The notes beneath the pieces are model-generated. The model was not told where the DNA came from and searched no databases. It worked only from the letters and a program-made list of their open reading frames with translations. From Candidatus Micrarchaeia archaeon (lineage in GTDB: Archaea; Micrarchaeota; Micrarchaeia; Burarchaeales; JACRGF01): DNA of 64,000 nt. The position numbers and the translations under genes were made by a program. Shown piece by piece: positions 9,101 to 18,746 of this stretch (position 1 is its first letter; every line of letters starts with the position of its first letter). Where the stretch lies: NCBI GenBank assembly GCA_038870455.1, contig JAWCPB010000001.1:1-64000 (forward strand), in the 5' to 3' direction.

Positions 9101-9772
9101 TTAAAGGCTTTCTGTGGAGAGAAACCGGAGGATCTTTTTTCTTTCTCCCAAGCCCCTCACGAGCAGGTCCGCTCCCGCCCTCGCCAGCTTCACCCTCGGC
9201 TCAAATCCTGTGGCAACCCCGATCACACACATTCCTGCGTTTCTCGCCGCCTTTATCCCGATGGCTGAATCCTCAATCACAGTGCATGCGCTCGGCTTGG
9301 CACCGAGCCGCCTCGCAGTCCTCAGCAGGAGGTCTGGCGATGGCTTCGGCCTATCGCCGGCCTCTGTGGTGGTGACGGCGTCAAAGAACGCGGTGAGGCC
9401 ATAGTGTCTGAGGAAAGCCTTTACGAGCGCAAGCCGGTTTGATGTGGCCAGGCCTATGCGCATGCCTGTTTTTCTCAGCGCGCGTAAAAGCGGCCTTGCG
9501 CCCGGCGTGAGCTTGTTCCTGCCTGCCATGCGGGCTTGTATGAGCGTCTTTCTTTTTGCGATGCGCTCGATCACGCTCGCGCTTTTGTTCAGCCCCTTGT
9601 AGTCGAAGAATCGTTTTATGAGCAAAAAAGGACCTTGTCCCCAGAAACGCCTTATCTCGTCCTTCGTTATCGCATAGCCGGCCTCAGCGAGCGCCTGCTT
9701 GTATGCGGCAATCCCCGCCTCCCGCGTGTCGGCCAGCACGCCGTCAAAGTCGAAGATGACAGCCTTGGCCAC
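9101..9772 (-). CDS. HAD-superfamily phosphatase (beta-PGM/CbbY-like)
   Basis: DFDGVLADT motif I, ATS, KPSPD and IEDS..G. Confidence 0.88.
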   Translation of the reverse strand: MAKAVIFDFDGVLADTREAGIAAYKQALAEAGYAITKDEIRRFWGQGPFLLIKRFFDYKGLNKSASVIERIAKRKTLIQARMAGRNKLTPGARPLLRALRKTGMRIGLATSNRLALVKAFLRHYGLTAFFDAVTTTEAGDRPKPSPDLLLRTARRLGAKPSACTVIEDSAIGIKAARNAGMCVIGVATGFEPRVKLARAGADLLVRGLGERKKILRFLSTESL

Positions 9773-9783
9773 AAAACAGCCCC

Positions 9784-11457
9784 TCAGCCGCCCGTTTCTT
9801 CCACATAAATCGGCGTGCGCGTTAGGGTGAGCTTGGCCACGCGGAACTGCGTGGGAATCTCATAGCTCTCGTTGCCGAAGACGCTGCTCACGCGCAGGGC
9901 CGCGGAGTCGCTCGTGAAATTCACTCTCTTGGGCTCGCTGCTCCAGAAGACATACACGGGCGCGGGCTTGCCCGGCACAACAAACTTGTACGCGCGCACC
10001 CCAGGCCCGTAATCGGGCATTTCAATGGAGGTAAAGCGGTCAATCTGGCTTATCAGGAATTTGAGCGCATAGAAGGCGGGCCTCTTTCTACCGTCGTACC
10101 TGACGAGCGCGTAGGAATTCTCTTCTTCTGAAAGGGCGGGCCCTTCCTTTAGGCGCGCGTAGAAAATCTTCTGGGCCCCGTTGGCGAGCGCGAACACATA
10201 ACTCCTGACGAGCACCGCGGCCTGCTCCTCCTCGCTCAGGCTCTCCACGCCAGCCCCATACCGGTCGTGAGTGAAATTGCCTGTCGGATAGGCGACTTCG
10301 GTCAGCCAGACCGTCTTGTCAAGGTTGTTCCTGGCAAGAACGTTCTTGAACGCGAGCAGATTCACGCCCTCACCGGCGTTGTTGGCGTGCAGCGAGGCGA
10401 TGTAGAAGAAGTCTTTTGCACCGTACTGAAGCGTGTATTCAAAGAAATTGATTGTCGGAACATCCAGATCGGGCAGCCCGCCGTAGAGAACCTCGCAGTC
10501 CGGGCACGCGGCCTTCACAGCAGAGTAGGTGGCCCTGAGCAGGCTCGCGTACTCGAACGATGTCCCCTTGAAGTAAGGCGTGTTCCCGCTTCCAAGCGAC
10601 GGCCTGTCCATCACTTCCCAGTGCTTGATGGGCTGGCGAAGGCCGGGCATGTCCTCCACGCCGTCTCCATCGTACCTCTCCACGAGCGCTCTGGCAAACT
10701 TTTCATACCTCTGGATGTTGCACGGCGCGCACCTGAACAGCGACAGCGAGCCGATTCCCTGGAACCTGCACTCGTTTCCATGGCAGGACAGCTGGTCCCA
10801 GTTGTTGAAAGGCCAGATTATGGCCTGTATGGATAGGTTGTTGGCCTGCGAGCGGGCAACATACGCGTCGGTGAGGTTGAAGTCATAGCTTCCGTTGTTC
10901 GCTTCGACGATGTTCCAGTCAAACGGCCCTGTCACGGGCCTGTTCCATCCCACTCCCAGCTCTGCGGCCGCGGAATAGTCGTTGTCGGCACCCACCACCC
11001 CAAAGTACGAAGAGGAAGAAGGTGGGGGCGGGCTGACAGTGATGTTAGTGACGTTCTGAGTTGCGTTAGCAGGCGCGGCGCAGTCGGCAGGGCACGCGCT
11101 CGCGTCCTCGCCAGCCTCGCATGCACCGTTTCCGCAGCAGCCGCTTCGCGTCTTCACCTCGCACGCGCCGGCTTCGCAGGTCTTGTACTGGCATGCGGTG
11201 ATGTTGCCCGAGCAGCCCGCCTGCTCCCCGCTCAAGGGAGTGTGCGCGCAGGAGTAGTTGGTCTGCGCCGAGCAGTAGTCGCTCGTGCACGGGTTTGCGT
11301 CATCGCACGAGGGAGGGCACATTCTTGAAGGGGGCACGGGACACTGTGAGGCGTTTTCCACCAGCGTGCCGTCCGGGCACTGGAACTTAGGGGGAGCAAG
11401 GCAGCCCAGCAGAAACAGGGAAAATGCTGCCAACGCGATTAACGCAAGCCTCTTCAT
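9784..11457 (-). CDS. Secreted lipoprotein: Cys-rich N-terminus plus GH-A clan (GH39/GH5-like) TIM-barrel domain
   Basis: Lipobox LLGC, Cys-rich repeats (CDDANPCTSDYC, CCGNGACE), a Pro/Ser linker, then RYDGDG, WEV and WLTE motifs. Confidence 0.7.
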   Translation of the reverse strand: MKRLALIALAAFSLFLLGCLAPPKFQCPDGTLVENASQCPVPPSRMCPPSCDDANPCTSDYCSAQTNYSCAHTPLSGEQAGCSGNITACQYKTCEAGACEVKTRSGCCGNGACEAGEDASACPADCAAPANATQNVTNITVSPPPPSSSSYFGVVGADNDYSAAAELGVGWNRPVTGPFDWNIVEANNGSYDFNLTDAYVARSQANNLSIQAIIWPFNNWDQLSCHGNECRFQGIGSLSLFRCAPCNIQRYEKFARALVERYDGDGVEDMPGLRQPIKHWEVMDRPSLGSGNTPYFKGTSFEYASLLRATYSAVKAACPDCEVLYGGLPDLDVPTINFFEYTLQYGAKDFFYIASLHANNAGEGVNLLAFKNVLARNNLDKTVWLTEVAYPTGNFTHDRYGAGVESLSEEEQAAVLVRSYVFALANGAQKIFYARLKEGPALSEEENSYALVRYDGRKRPAFYALKFLISQIDRFTSIEMPDYGPGVRAYKFVVPGKPAPVYVFWSSEPKRVNFTSDSAALRVSSVFGNESYEIPTQFRVAKLTLTRTPIYVEETGG

Positions 11458-11467
11458 TCCCACACGC

Positions 11468-12271
11468 TCACTTTATTCCAAGCTCTGCGGCTCTCCTTGC
11501 GGCGGCCTCGAAAGCTTTTGCCAGCGCTTCTCTGAACTTCGCGCTTTTTAACTCTTTCATTCCCGCCTCGGTCGCGCCGCCCGGTGTGGCCACCTGCGAA
11601 ATCAACTCCTTCGGAGGCAGGCCCGTTTTCTCCACCATCTTTCCGGCCCCGAGGCAGGTCTGGGCGGCCAGCTCAAGCGCGATGTCTTTCGGCAGGCCAG
11701 CCCTCTCGCCTGCCTCGGCGAGCGCGCCGACGGCTTCATAGAAATAGGCCGGCCCGCATCCGCTCAACGCAGTCACCGCATCCAACAGTTCTTCCTTCAC
11801 GCGCACGATTTTTCCCACAGAGCCGAAGAGGCACTCGACAACCGCGGCGTCCTTCTCGCCCGCCGTTTTTCCGAGCGCGTAGGCGCTCGCGCCCTCGCCC
11901 ACGAGGCAAGGGGCGTTTGGCATGACCCTCGCAACCCGCGCTCCGGGAAGCTTGGCTTCGACGAAGCTGATGGAAACGCCCGCGGCTATGGAAATAACGA
12001 GCTTGCCCGCCGCCCGCCCGGCAATTTCCTCGAGGACAGCCGGCACGGCCTGCGGCTTGACGCACACGAGAACCACATCGCTTTTTTGCAAGACTTCGTT
12101 GTTGTTCCCCGCAGCCTTCACGCCCAGCTCTTTCGCCAGCGCGGCCGCCTTTCCGCCGCTGGCATCACTCACGATTATCCGTCTCGGGTCAACCGCCTTT
12201 GCCGCGAGAAGGCCCTTGACCAGCGCGCTGCCCATCTTTCCGGCGCCGATGAAGCCGATGGTTTCCTTCAA
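11468..12271 (-). CDS. proC: Pyrroline-5-carboxylate reductase
   Basis: GFIGAGKMG, VKPQ, SIAAG, RVMPN, SGCGPAY and TPGGAT. Confidence 0.97.
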   Translation of the reverse strand: MKETIGFIGAGKMGSALVKGLLAAKAVDPRRIIVSDASGGKAAALAKELGVKAAGNNNEVLQKSDVVLVCVKPQAVPAVLEEIAGRAAGKLVISIAAGVSISFVEAKLPGARVARVMPNAPCLVGEGASAYALGKTAGEKDAAVVECLFGSVGKIVRVKEELLDAVTALSGCGPAYFYEAVGALAEAGERAGLPKDIALELAAQTCLGAGKMVEKTGLPPKELISQVATPGGATEAGMKELKSAKFREALAKAFEAAARRAAELGIK

Positions 12272-12281
12272 TGCCAGGCAA

Positions 12282-12647
12282 TCACCTTATGCACGCATAG
12301 CTTGCCGGCGAAGAGCCTAGGGGAGCGACGACCTCTGCTTTGACGGCCTGCGTTTCTCCGGGAAACAGCAGCTTGCTGCACACGAGCTTTTCGGCGAGCA
12401 CTTCCGCGCTTTTTCCGACCGCCTGCACTCTCGCGCACCCGCTGGCCAGCATGCCCCCTTCGTTCTTGAAACTCACGTCAAGCCTCAGCACTGTGGAAAA
12501 GCCGCTTTGCTCAAAAGAAGGATTTGAGCAGGCGAAGGTCACTCTCGAAGAGCCCGTGAAAGCGGCGGCCACTGGCGGAGGCTGCGCCACGCAAGCTGCC
12601 AGAAAAGCCACCATCACAACCGCCAACCCCACCCCGCCTCGCGCCAT
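12282..12647 (-). CDS. Small putative lipoprotein
   Basis: Start at MARGGVG, hydrophobic stretch with LAAC, then a beta-rich domain. Confidence 0.5.
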   Translation of the reverse strand: MARGGVGLAVVMVAFLAACVAQPPPVAAAFTGSSRVTFACSNPSFEQSGFSTVLRLDVSFKNEGGMLASGCARVQAVGKSAEVLAEKLVCSKLLFPGETQAVKAEVVAPLGSSPASYACIR

Positions 12648-12692
12648 AATCCCATCCAACCAATTTAAACCTTTTCGAATATAAAAGCATGC

Positions 12693-14105
12693 GTGCAGCT
12701 CGACAAAAGCAATTTCTCCGAATGGTTTTCGCAGGTCGTTGAGCAAGCCGACATAATAGACATCCGGTATCCCGTCAAGGGCATGCCCATCTACAAGGGA
12801 TGGGGTTATGCCGCCCTCCGCGCGTGCTTCAACCTCCTCGAAGAGAAGCTCAATGCCTCTGGCCACCAGCAGATGCTATTTCCCCTCCTCATTCCCGAAG
12901 ACCAGTTCGGCAAGGAAGCCGAGCACATCGCCGGCTTCGCCGACGAGGTGATGTGGGCCACGCACGCCGGCCTCGAGCGCATGGAGAGGAAGCTCGCCGT
13001 GCGCCCCACGAGCGAGACCGTCATGTACCCCATGTTCGCGCTGTGGATCCGCTCGCACGCCGACCTTCCCCTGCGCGTGCATCAGACCTGCTGCGTGTAC
13101 AGGTACGATACGAAAACGACGCGGCCGCTCATCCGCGGCAGGGAGATTTTCTGGAACGAGGCGCACTGCGTGCACGCGAGCGAGGAGGACGCTGAAAAAC
13201 AGATTCGCGAGGCGTTCCGCATCTACAGCGAGTTCTACGCCGCCCTCGGCGTGCCTTTCCTCGCCCTCCGCAGGCCGGAGCACGACAAGTTCCCTGGCGC
13301 GGCTTATTCCATCGCGCTCGACGTGCTCATGCCCGATGGCAAGGTCCTCCAAGCCGCTACCATCCACAACCTGGGCGAGAACTTTTCGCGCGTCTACAGC
13401 ATAGAGTTCGACGACGAGAAGGGCGGCAAGCACTTTGCGAAGCAGACCACTTACGGAATTAGCATGCGGTGCTTGGCCGCGGTCATCGCGGTTCACGGCG
13501 ACAACAAGGGCCTCGTCCTGCCGCCGGCCATCGCCCCCGTGCAGGCGGTGATCGTCCCAATCCTGAGCGCCGAAAAGGGAAAAGAAGCCCTCGAAGCCTG
13601 CAGGAAGATAGAGGACAGGCTGCGGCGCGCAGGCATCCGCGTCGCCCTGGACGAGCGCGAGGTCAGGCCGGGCGAGAAGTTTTACCACTGGGAGGGCAGG
13701 GGCGTACCCGTACGAATAGAAGTGGGCCCGAAAGACGTTGCTGCAAGCAAAGCGGTCGTCGCGCTGAGGACGGGCGAAAAGAAGAGCGTGCCGCAGGAGG
13801 AGATTGTCGAAGAAGTCAGGAAAGCCTTTGAAACAGTTCTCTTCGAATTGCGGAAGAAAGCCGAGGCAGGCCTGCGCGCCCGTCTCTCAACCGCGAGGAA
13901 TACGGCTGAGCTGAAAAAGGCGATTGAAAAAGCAGGCGGTTTCGTCAAGGCCGGCTGGTGCGGCGAAGTCGATTGCGCCAACGCGATCCAGGAAGCCACG
14001 ACTGCAGAAGTGAGGGGCACGGAATTCGGCAAGCCAAAGGAAAAGAGCGTCTGCATCCACTGCGGCAAAGAAGGTTTTGCCGCGTGGTTCGCCAAAGCCT
14101 ACTGA
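12693..14105 (+). CDS. proS: Proline--tRNA ligase, archaeal/eukaryotic type
   Basis: VRPTSET, motif 2 RYD...REIFW.E.H, GLVLPP, PGEKFYHWE, and a C-terminal Zn site ending FAKAY. Confidence 0.97.
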   Translation: MQLDKSNFSEWFSQVVEQADIIDIRYPVKGMPIYKGWGYAALRACFNLLEEKLNASGHQQMLFPLLIPEDQFGKEAEHIAGFADEVMWATHAGLERMERKLAVRPTSETVMYPMFALWIRSHADLPLRVHQTCCVYRYDTKTTRPLIRGREIFWNEAHCVHASEEDAEKQIREAFRIYSEFYAALGVPFLALRRPEHDKFPGAAYSIALDVLMPDGKVLQAATIHNLGENFSRVYSIEFDDEKGGKHFAKQTTYGISMRCLAAVIAVHGDNKGLVLPPAIAPVQAVIVPILSAEKGKEALEACRKIEDRLRRAGIRVALDEREVRPGEKFYHWEGRGVPVRIEVGPKDVAASKAVVALRTGEKKSVPQEEIVEEVRKAFETVLFELRKKAEAGLRARLSTARNTAELKKAIEKAGGFVKAGWCGEVDCANAIQEATTAEVRGTEFGKPKEKSVCIHCGKEGFAAWFAKAY

Positions 14106-14134
14106 TTTTAACCCGTTTCTCCAGAAATAAATTC

Positions 14135-14258
14135 AGCCCCGTCGTCTAGCGACCCTTTTTCGTCGAAACGAAAAAGCGTCGACGGAAAAAGGTCGGGCAA
14201 TGGCCAAGGATTCGAGGCTTTGGACCTCGAGACGTCGGTTCGAATCCGACCGGGGCTA
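14135..14258 (+). tRNA. tRNA-Gln(TTG) with a 51-nt D-loop intron (14150-14200, about position 15/16)
   Basis: Acceptor AGCCCCG/CGGGGCT, anticodon arm CGAGG-CTTTGGA-CCTCG, T arm GTCGG-TTCGAAT-CCGAC. BHB: GTC-GTCT-AGC-GACC / GGTC-GGGC-AAT-GGC. Spliced length is 73 nt. Confidence 0.92.
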
Positions 14259-14265
14259 TAACAAG

Positions 14266-15516
14266 TCAGCCGTGCCAAGTCTCTATCCTGAACGGGATCT
14301 CGACCGCCTTTTTCCTGAGCTGTTCCTCCACTTCCATGCGCACTTTCTTCAGCCTCTCCGAGCCCCGGAGTTCCGGTACCTTCTCGAGCAGGAACGTCAG
14401 GAAGAGGTGGTTGAATTTCTCAGGGAACTCCATCATCGGCATGTGGCCGCAAGCCATCTTGACGAACGTGGCCATGTTGCCGCCGTTCCCGCTGTTTATC
14501 ACGCTCGCAATCTCTTCTCCATGCCTCCAATGCACGAGCACATCGTTGAGCCCGGCCAGCACGAGCGTGGGCGCGTGGATGTCTTTCAGGAAGGGATATA
14601 GGTTCATTCTCCTCATCGCCCTGAGCGCCATCGCCATTGTCTCGACCGGAACCTCCAGCGCCCTCTGCATGAGGAGTTTCAGCTCCTCATTATCCAAGCC
14701 GTTCTCACTGTTCCTGAAAACAGTACCAGTTATCAGCGAATAGAAGATGCGGCGAAACAGCGCGTTATTCACCAGCCACGTGTTTTTCAACCTATCGATA
14801 AACGGCGCGTACTCCAGCTCAAACGAGAGGAGATCCACCCACGGCCCCAGCCGCTGCAGGTTGACGGGAAGCGTCTTGAACGGGTCGCCGTAAGGCGCCG
14901 AGAGGAGCGCCATCGCGGCGATTTTGTCGCCGTTGAATTCCTTGTAGAATTCCAGCGCGGTCAGGCCGCCCATCGAATGGCCCACGAGTATGGTCCTCTT
15001 TATTCCCTCGCTTTTCAGTATGACCGCCACGTCCTTCGCGCAATCATGGATGTACGTCGCCGTGGTGCTCGCGCCCAGCTCGGACTCGAAGTGCCCTCTC
15101 GTTCTAACCTTTATTATCCTGAAGTGCTTTCCCAGCAGGGCCGCCTGTTGCCCGTAAATGCTCGGGTAGCAGCCCCAGCCAGGCAGCATCACTATCGCGA
15201 TATCTGAAACCGGCTTTTTGGGATTGTGATCAGAGTAGCAAATTCTCGCGCCGTCGTGAGACTTTATCGCCTTCAGCGGGTCGCCGTGCCTCGTTTTTCC
15301 GATAACCTCTGGAGTGACCGCACGCACCTCACTATCCGGAGCACAGCCCGGCTTCCTCCGGATTGCTGACCTGAAATCTTCCGCTGCCCTCTCAACCCTC
15401 AAGAACGCTCTGCGAAAAACCCCATTTCCATTCTGCGGTTGAAGAAAATTGCTATGCAAACTGGGTGGCGCCCACTCTATGGCAACTCTGCTCTTCGCTG
15501 CAGTCCGGCCGCCCAT
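14266..15516 (-). CDS. Alpha/beta hydrolase with N-terminal extension
   Basis: PGW oxyanion loop, RGH, nucleophile elbow GHSMGG, GLNDVL (Asp) and CGH (His). Confidence 0.85.
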   Translation of the reverse strand: MGGRTAAKSRVAIEWAPPSLHSNFLQPQNGNGVFRRAFLRVERAAEDFRSAIRRKPGCAPDSEVRAVTPEVIGKTRHGDPLKAIKSHDGARICYSDHNPKKPVSDIAIVMLPGWGCYPSIYGQQAALLGKHFRIIKVRTRGHFESELGASTTATYIHDCAKDVAVILKSEGIKRTILVGHSMGGLTALEFYKEFNGDKIAAMALLSAPYGDPFKTLPVNLQRLGPWVDLLSFELEYAPFIDRLKNTWLVNNALFRRIFYSLITGTVFRNSENGLDNEELKLLMQRALEVPVETMAMALRAMRRMNLYPFLKDIHAPTLVLAGLNDVLVHWRHGEEIASVINSGNGGNMATFVKMACGHMPMMEFPEKFNHLFLTFLLEKVPELRGSERLKKVRMEVEEQLRKKAVEIPFRIETWHG

Positions 15517-15592
15517 GAGTAAAATATTCTCAGAGAAGGTTGTTTATAAAGCTTGCGCTAGGCATTTTTTGCTGCGTCTCTTGCGTAAATTC

Positions 15593-15892
15593 CTATACGC
15601 CCTCTGGAATGATTGGAGGGCGCTCATCAGTTCCCAGCAGGATGTATGTGATGAACTTGTACGCATAGGTGATGTAGAGCGTTATGAACTTGTGCAGCGT
15701 AGCATTGCGCTTTGCCAGCAGCAGGATGTGCAGCCACTGGATGACAAAGCAGACCCACCCCACAAAGCCGAGGACGGCCGTGACGATGTACAGTGGAATG
15801 GCCCACAGGAATCGAATGATGAGCTCAAGCCTGCTGGCCGGCTCGGCATAGCTGACCTCCAACTTCACTGTCTCCATACGACCACCTCGCAC
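15593..15892 (-). CDS. DUF4389-like small membrane protein
   Basis: SRLELIIR..WAIP, two hydrophobic segments, C-terminal TDERPP. Confidence 0.75.
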   Translation of the reverse strand: MRGGRMETVKLEVSYAEPASRLELIIRFLWAIPLYIVTAVLGFVGWVCFVIQWLHILLLAKRNATLHKFITLYITYAYKFITYILLGTDERPPIIPEGV

Positions 15893-15903
15893 GCTATTTA
15901 ACC

Positions 15904-16605
15904 TCAGTCTTTTTCAATCTTCTCTTTTTTCTCCTCACGCGCGTACTCCTCCATCACACGAATGCTCTTCACCTCTGGGAGAAGCCGCAGGGCATTCGCC
16001 ACGAAACTCGCCTTGTTGATGAGAAAGTCAGCGTCTTTCTTTACTTCCGCTGGAAAGGTGACCTCGACTACGTTCCCATCCACCCTGACTTTTCCCCGCA
16101 GCTCGTTGTTCTCGAGCAGCGCGTTTATCTTCTGCTCGAGCGAGGTGAGCTTCTCCACGACTTTTACCTCATAAGACAGCGTCTGGCCGGCCAGCAGGTG
16201 GTTGAAGTCCACCATCACCCTGCCCGAGCTCACGCTCTTCACCACTGCTGTGGCGTTGTCTATGTTCACGAGCTGGCCTGGGTAGGGCTCGATGCCGCGC
16301 CTCTTGAACTCGCTCTCGGGCAGCACGCGCACGAGACCCGGATCCCTCTGCCCGAAGGCCATGTCCGGGGAAATCTCGACTTTCCTGCTTTCCCCCACCT
16401 CCATGCCCTCGAGCGCCTCGTCAAGGCCTTTGATCACCGTGCCCCTGCCGACGACAACCAGCCCAGGCGCGTACCGCGCCTTTTCGTCGAAAATGCCCTC
16501 CTTCTTGGCCACATCAGCGCTCGTGGTGTCGAAAACGCGGTTGTCGCCCGCCGTCCTTCCAGTGTATTCTATTCTGATAAAGTCCCCTTTGCCGACTTTC
16601 GCCAT
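15904..16605 (-). CDS. FKBP-type peptidyl-prolyl isomerase, archaeal long (SlyD-like) type
   Basis: IEYTG, VFDTT, IKGLDEAL and VDFNHLLAG, plus the archaeal C-terminal domain. Confidence 0.92.
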   Translation of the reverse strand: MAKVGKGDFIRIEYTGRTAGDNRVFDTTSADVAKKEGIFDEKARYAPGLVVVGRGTVIKGLDEALEGMEVGESRKVEISPDMAFGQRDPGLVRVLPESEFKRRGIEPYPGQLVNIDNATAVVKSVSSGRVMVDFNHLLAGQTLSYEVKVVEKLTSLEQKINALLENNELRGKVRVDGNVVEVTFPAEVKKDADFLINKASFVANALRLLPEVKSIRVMEEYAREEKKEKIEKD

Positions 16606-16672
16606 TGGAAAACCTCCTTTGCTCTTTTGCCCGGAAACACAAATAAATGCTTGCTAGGCAATAAACCCCATC

Positions 16673-17860
16673 GTGAGCACGCTGTTTTCGAGAGAGAACA
16701 TCATCAAAGCCGCAGTCGTTTTGTTCGTCTTGGCCTTTCTCTTCGAACTGTTCGCCTTCGCCCCGCGGCAGGCAGCTCCCCCTCCTCCCCCTGAGCCCGA
16801 GGAGCAGGTCGAGACGGTCGTGGGGGTTGCGCTCATCAACGCGACAATAACCTCTTACGCGGCTGAGCTCGACGTGTTCGGTTCCTCTCCTGAAATAGAT
16901 TCCGCAATCAACGAGCTGAGGAAGGAAGGCAAAATCCTTTACACGAACAGGCTCTCGCCCAACAGGACGGTGCTCAACCTCGCAGGCTCCTCGCAGGCGG
17001 CGGAGGTTGCAGCGAGGCTCGCGCGCACAGGCGCGAGCGTGCTGGGCCGGGCGAGCGCAATCATTCCCGGGGCCGTCGAATTCACCATCTCAACCGGAAC
17101 GCTGCTCGCCTCAACGGGCGGCCGCGCCGTTTTTCCCCTGGACCCGAGAATCGGGGTGGGCGAGAACGTGACCATCCGCATCACCGCGCTCATCCAGCGG
17201 GGCGCAGTGGTCCAGACCGACGTCCCACGCGTCGTCCCGCAGGCCGAGGATGTTCTGCTCACCGCTGACATCAAGAACTTCACCGCGGAAGCCAAGGCCG
17301 TGCTCACGCTCGCTTGGGAAAACAGGCTGGTGAATGCGCAGGAAATCCTAAAGGGCCTCAACGAAAGCCTGCCTGGCGCGCGCGCCGCAGGCTATTCCCT
17401 CATTCCGGCAATCGGGGTGGAGAACGCGAGCGCTCCGCTCGACGCCCTGCGCAACCTGTCTTTCGTCGTGGGCGTGCAGGAGAACATCGTCACCGTGCAG
17501 GACAACTTCACCGACAGGGCGCTCGCCGAAAAAGAGATTCTCGCCGTTGCCGGCGTGAACGCCTCCCTCGTTTTTCCGGACGCGAGGCTCAACATCTCAT
17601 TCACCCTGCCCGAGAACGCTAACATCACGGAGCTGGAGGCGTTGCTGGCCGCCCGCTTTAACGCCACGCGCGCGCGCATCCTGCGCTTTGCCGCGCTCGA
17701 GTTGTCCGACAAAGCCGAGGGGCGCGGCGGCCGCCTGCTCGAGGTTCTCGACAGGAGGGCGAGCGGTTTCGTGGATGCCGACAAGCAGCTCGGGGACTCG
17801 GTGCTCGCGGCCGCAAAAGCCAGCGTGGTGGGAAGCAAGATAGTCAAAGCGGAAATCTGA
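16673..17860 (+). CDS. Membrane-anchored extracellular hypothetical protein
   Basis: N-terminal TM helix, poly-Pro linker, many N-x-S/T sequons. Confidence 0.65.
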   Translation: MSTLFSRENIIKAAVVLFVLAFLFELFAFAPRQAAPPPPPEPEEQVETVVGVALINATITSYAAELDVFGSSPEIDSAINELRKEGKILYTNRLSPNRTVLNLAGSSQAAEVAARLARTGASVLGRASAIIPGAVEFTISTGTLLASTGGRAVFPLDPRIGVGENVTIRITALIQRGAVVQTDVPRVVPQAEDVLLTADIKNFTAEAKAVLTLAWENRLVNAQEILKGLNESLPGARAAGYSLIPAIGVENASAPLDALRNLSFVVGVQENIVTVQDNFTDRALAEKEILAVAGVNASLVFPDARLNISFTLPENANITELEALLAARFNATRARILRFAALELSDKAEGRGGRLLEVLDRRASGFVDADKQLGDSVLAAAKASVVGSKIVKAEI

Positions 17861-17910
17861 TATCTTTTTATACCCCCTTCCCTCTTTGCTTTCCGGGAGG
17901 TGAGCAGAGC

Positions 17911-18171
17911 ATGGCTGAAAGAAAGCAAGTAGGCGTGGTGAGACACTACTACAACAAGATAGGCGTGGCAGCCATCGACCTCAGCGACGGGCTGAAGGTC
18001 GGCGACAAAATCGTCATCGAGGCCAACGAGGGGCCCGTCGAGCAGGTGGTCTCCAGCATGCAGATAGAGCACAAGGCCGTCGCCAAGGCTTCCGCGGGCC
18101 AGAGCGTCGGAATGAAAGTGGCTGCCAGAGTCCGCGAGGGAGACCCCGTCTTCAAGATTGTTGAGGGTTAA
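17911..18171 (+). CDS. Small translation-factor-like beta-barrel protein (EF-Tu domain II / U32 peptidase C-terminal-like)
   Basis: VGVVRHYYNKIGVAAI...LKVGD...SMQIEH...G.SVG.KV...VREGD. GGAGGTGA SD upstream. Confidence 0.75.
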   Translation: MAERKQVGVVRHYYNKIGVAAIDLSDGLKVGDKIVIEANEGPVEQVVSSMQIEHKAVAKASAGQSVGMKVAARVREGDPVFKIVEG

Positions 18172-18716
18172 GCCAGTTTGTCCCCGCCTGCGACAGCGCG
18201 CACGCGCTGCACTCCCTTCACCTCGTCTATGAAAGAGGCCACTTCAGCCGGCACGAGCCTCCTCCATTCCCTCGTTCCCCTCAGCATGCTCCTCCTTATC
18301 CTCGTGGCGTCGAAAGCCTTCCTGTCGAACAGCGGCGTGCTCCTCACTTCCTTGCCGGCGTCTTCAAAAAGCTTTTTTACGAGAGGGTTGTTGGAATAAA
18401 CGACTTCATACGCGGGCACGAGGGAATTCACGTGCGCCACCCACAGCGCGTTGTTCATGATGTCCGGAACAGACAGCACGATGGCGCGGGAGTAGTAGCT
18501 GCGTTTGGCGAGCACCCTGACAATCATGTCAATCCTCTCGCCCACAGTGAAGGGATTGTCAATGTCATAGCACTTCTGGGAGGAGCCCACGAGCACGATG
18601 AGGCGCTCGCACTCCTCTTTCTCAAGAATCCACTCGATTGCCTTGAGGTGGCCCGTGTGAAAAGGCTGGAACCTGCCGATGAAAAGCCCCCTCATGGCCC
18701 TCTCTTGGTAGCGCAT
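18168..18716 (-). CDS. nadM: Nicotinamide-nucleotide adenylyltransferase, archaeal type
   Basis: GRFQPFHTGH, GSSQ, NPFTVGER, SNNPLV and ATRIR. Confidence 0.92.
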   Translation of the reverse strand: MRYQERAMRGLFIGRFQPFHTGHLKAIEWILEKEECERLIVLVGSSQKCYDIDNPFTVGERIDMIVRVLAKRSYYSRAIVLSVPDIMNNALWVAHVNSLVPAYEVVYSNNPLVKKLFEDAGKEVRSTPLFDRKAFDATRIRRSMLRGTREWRRLVPAEVASFIDEVKGVQRVRAVAGGDKLA

Positions 18717-18746
18717 AATTAAAAAGTTTGGTGGGGAGAAAAAATC

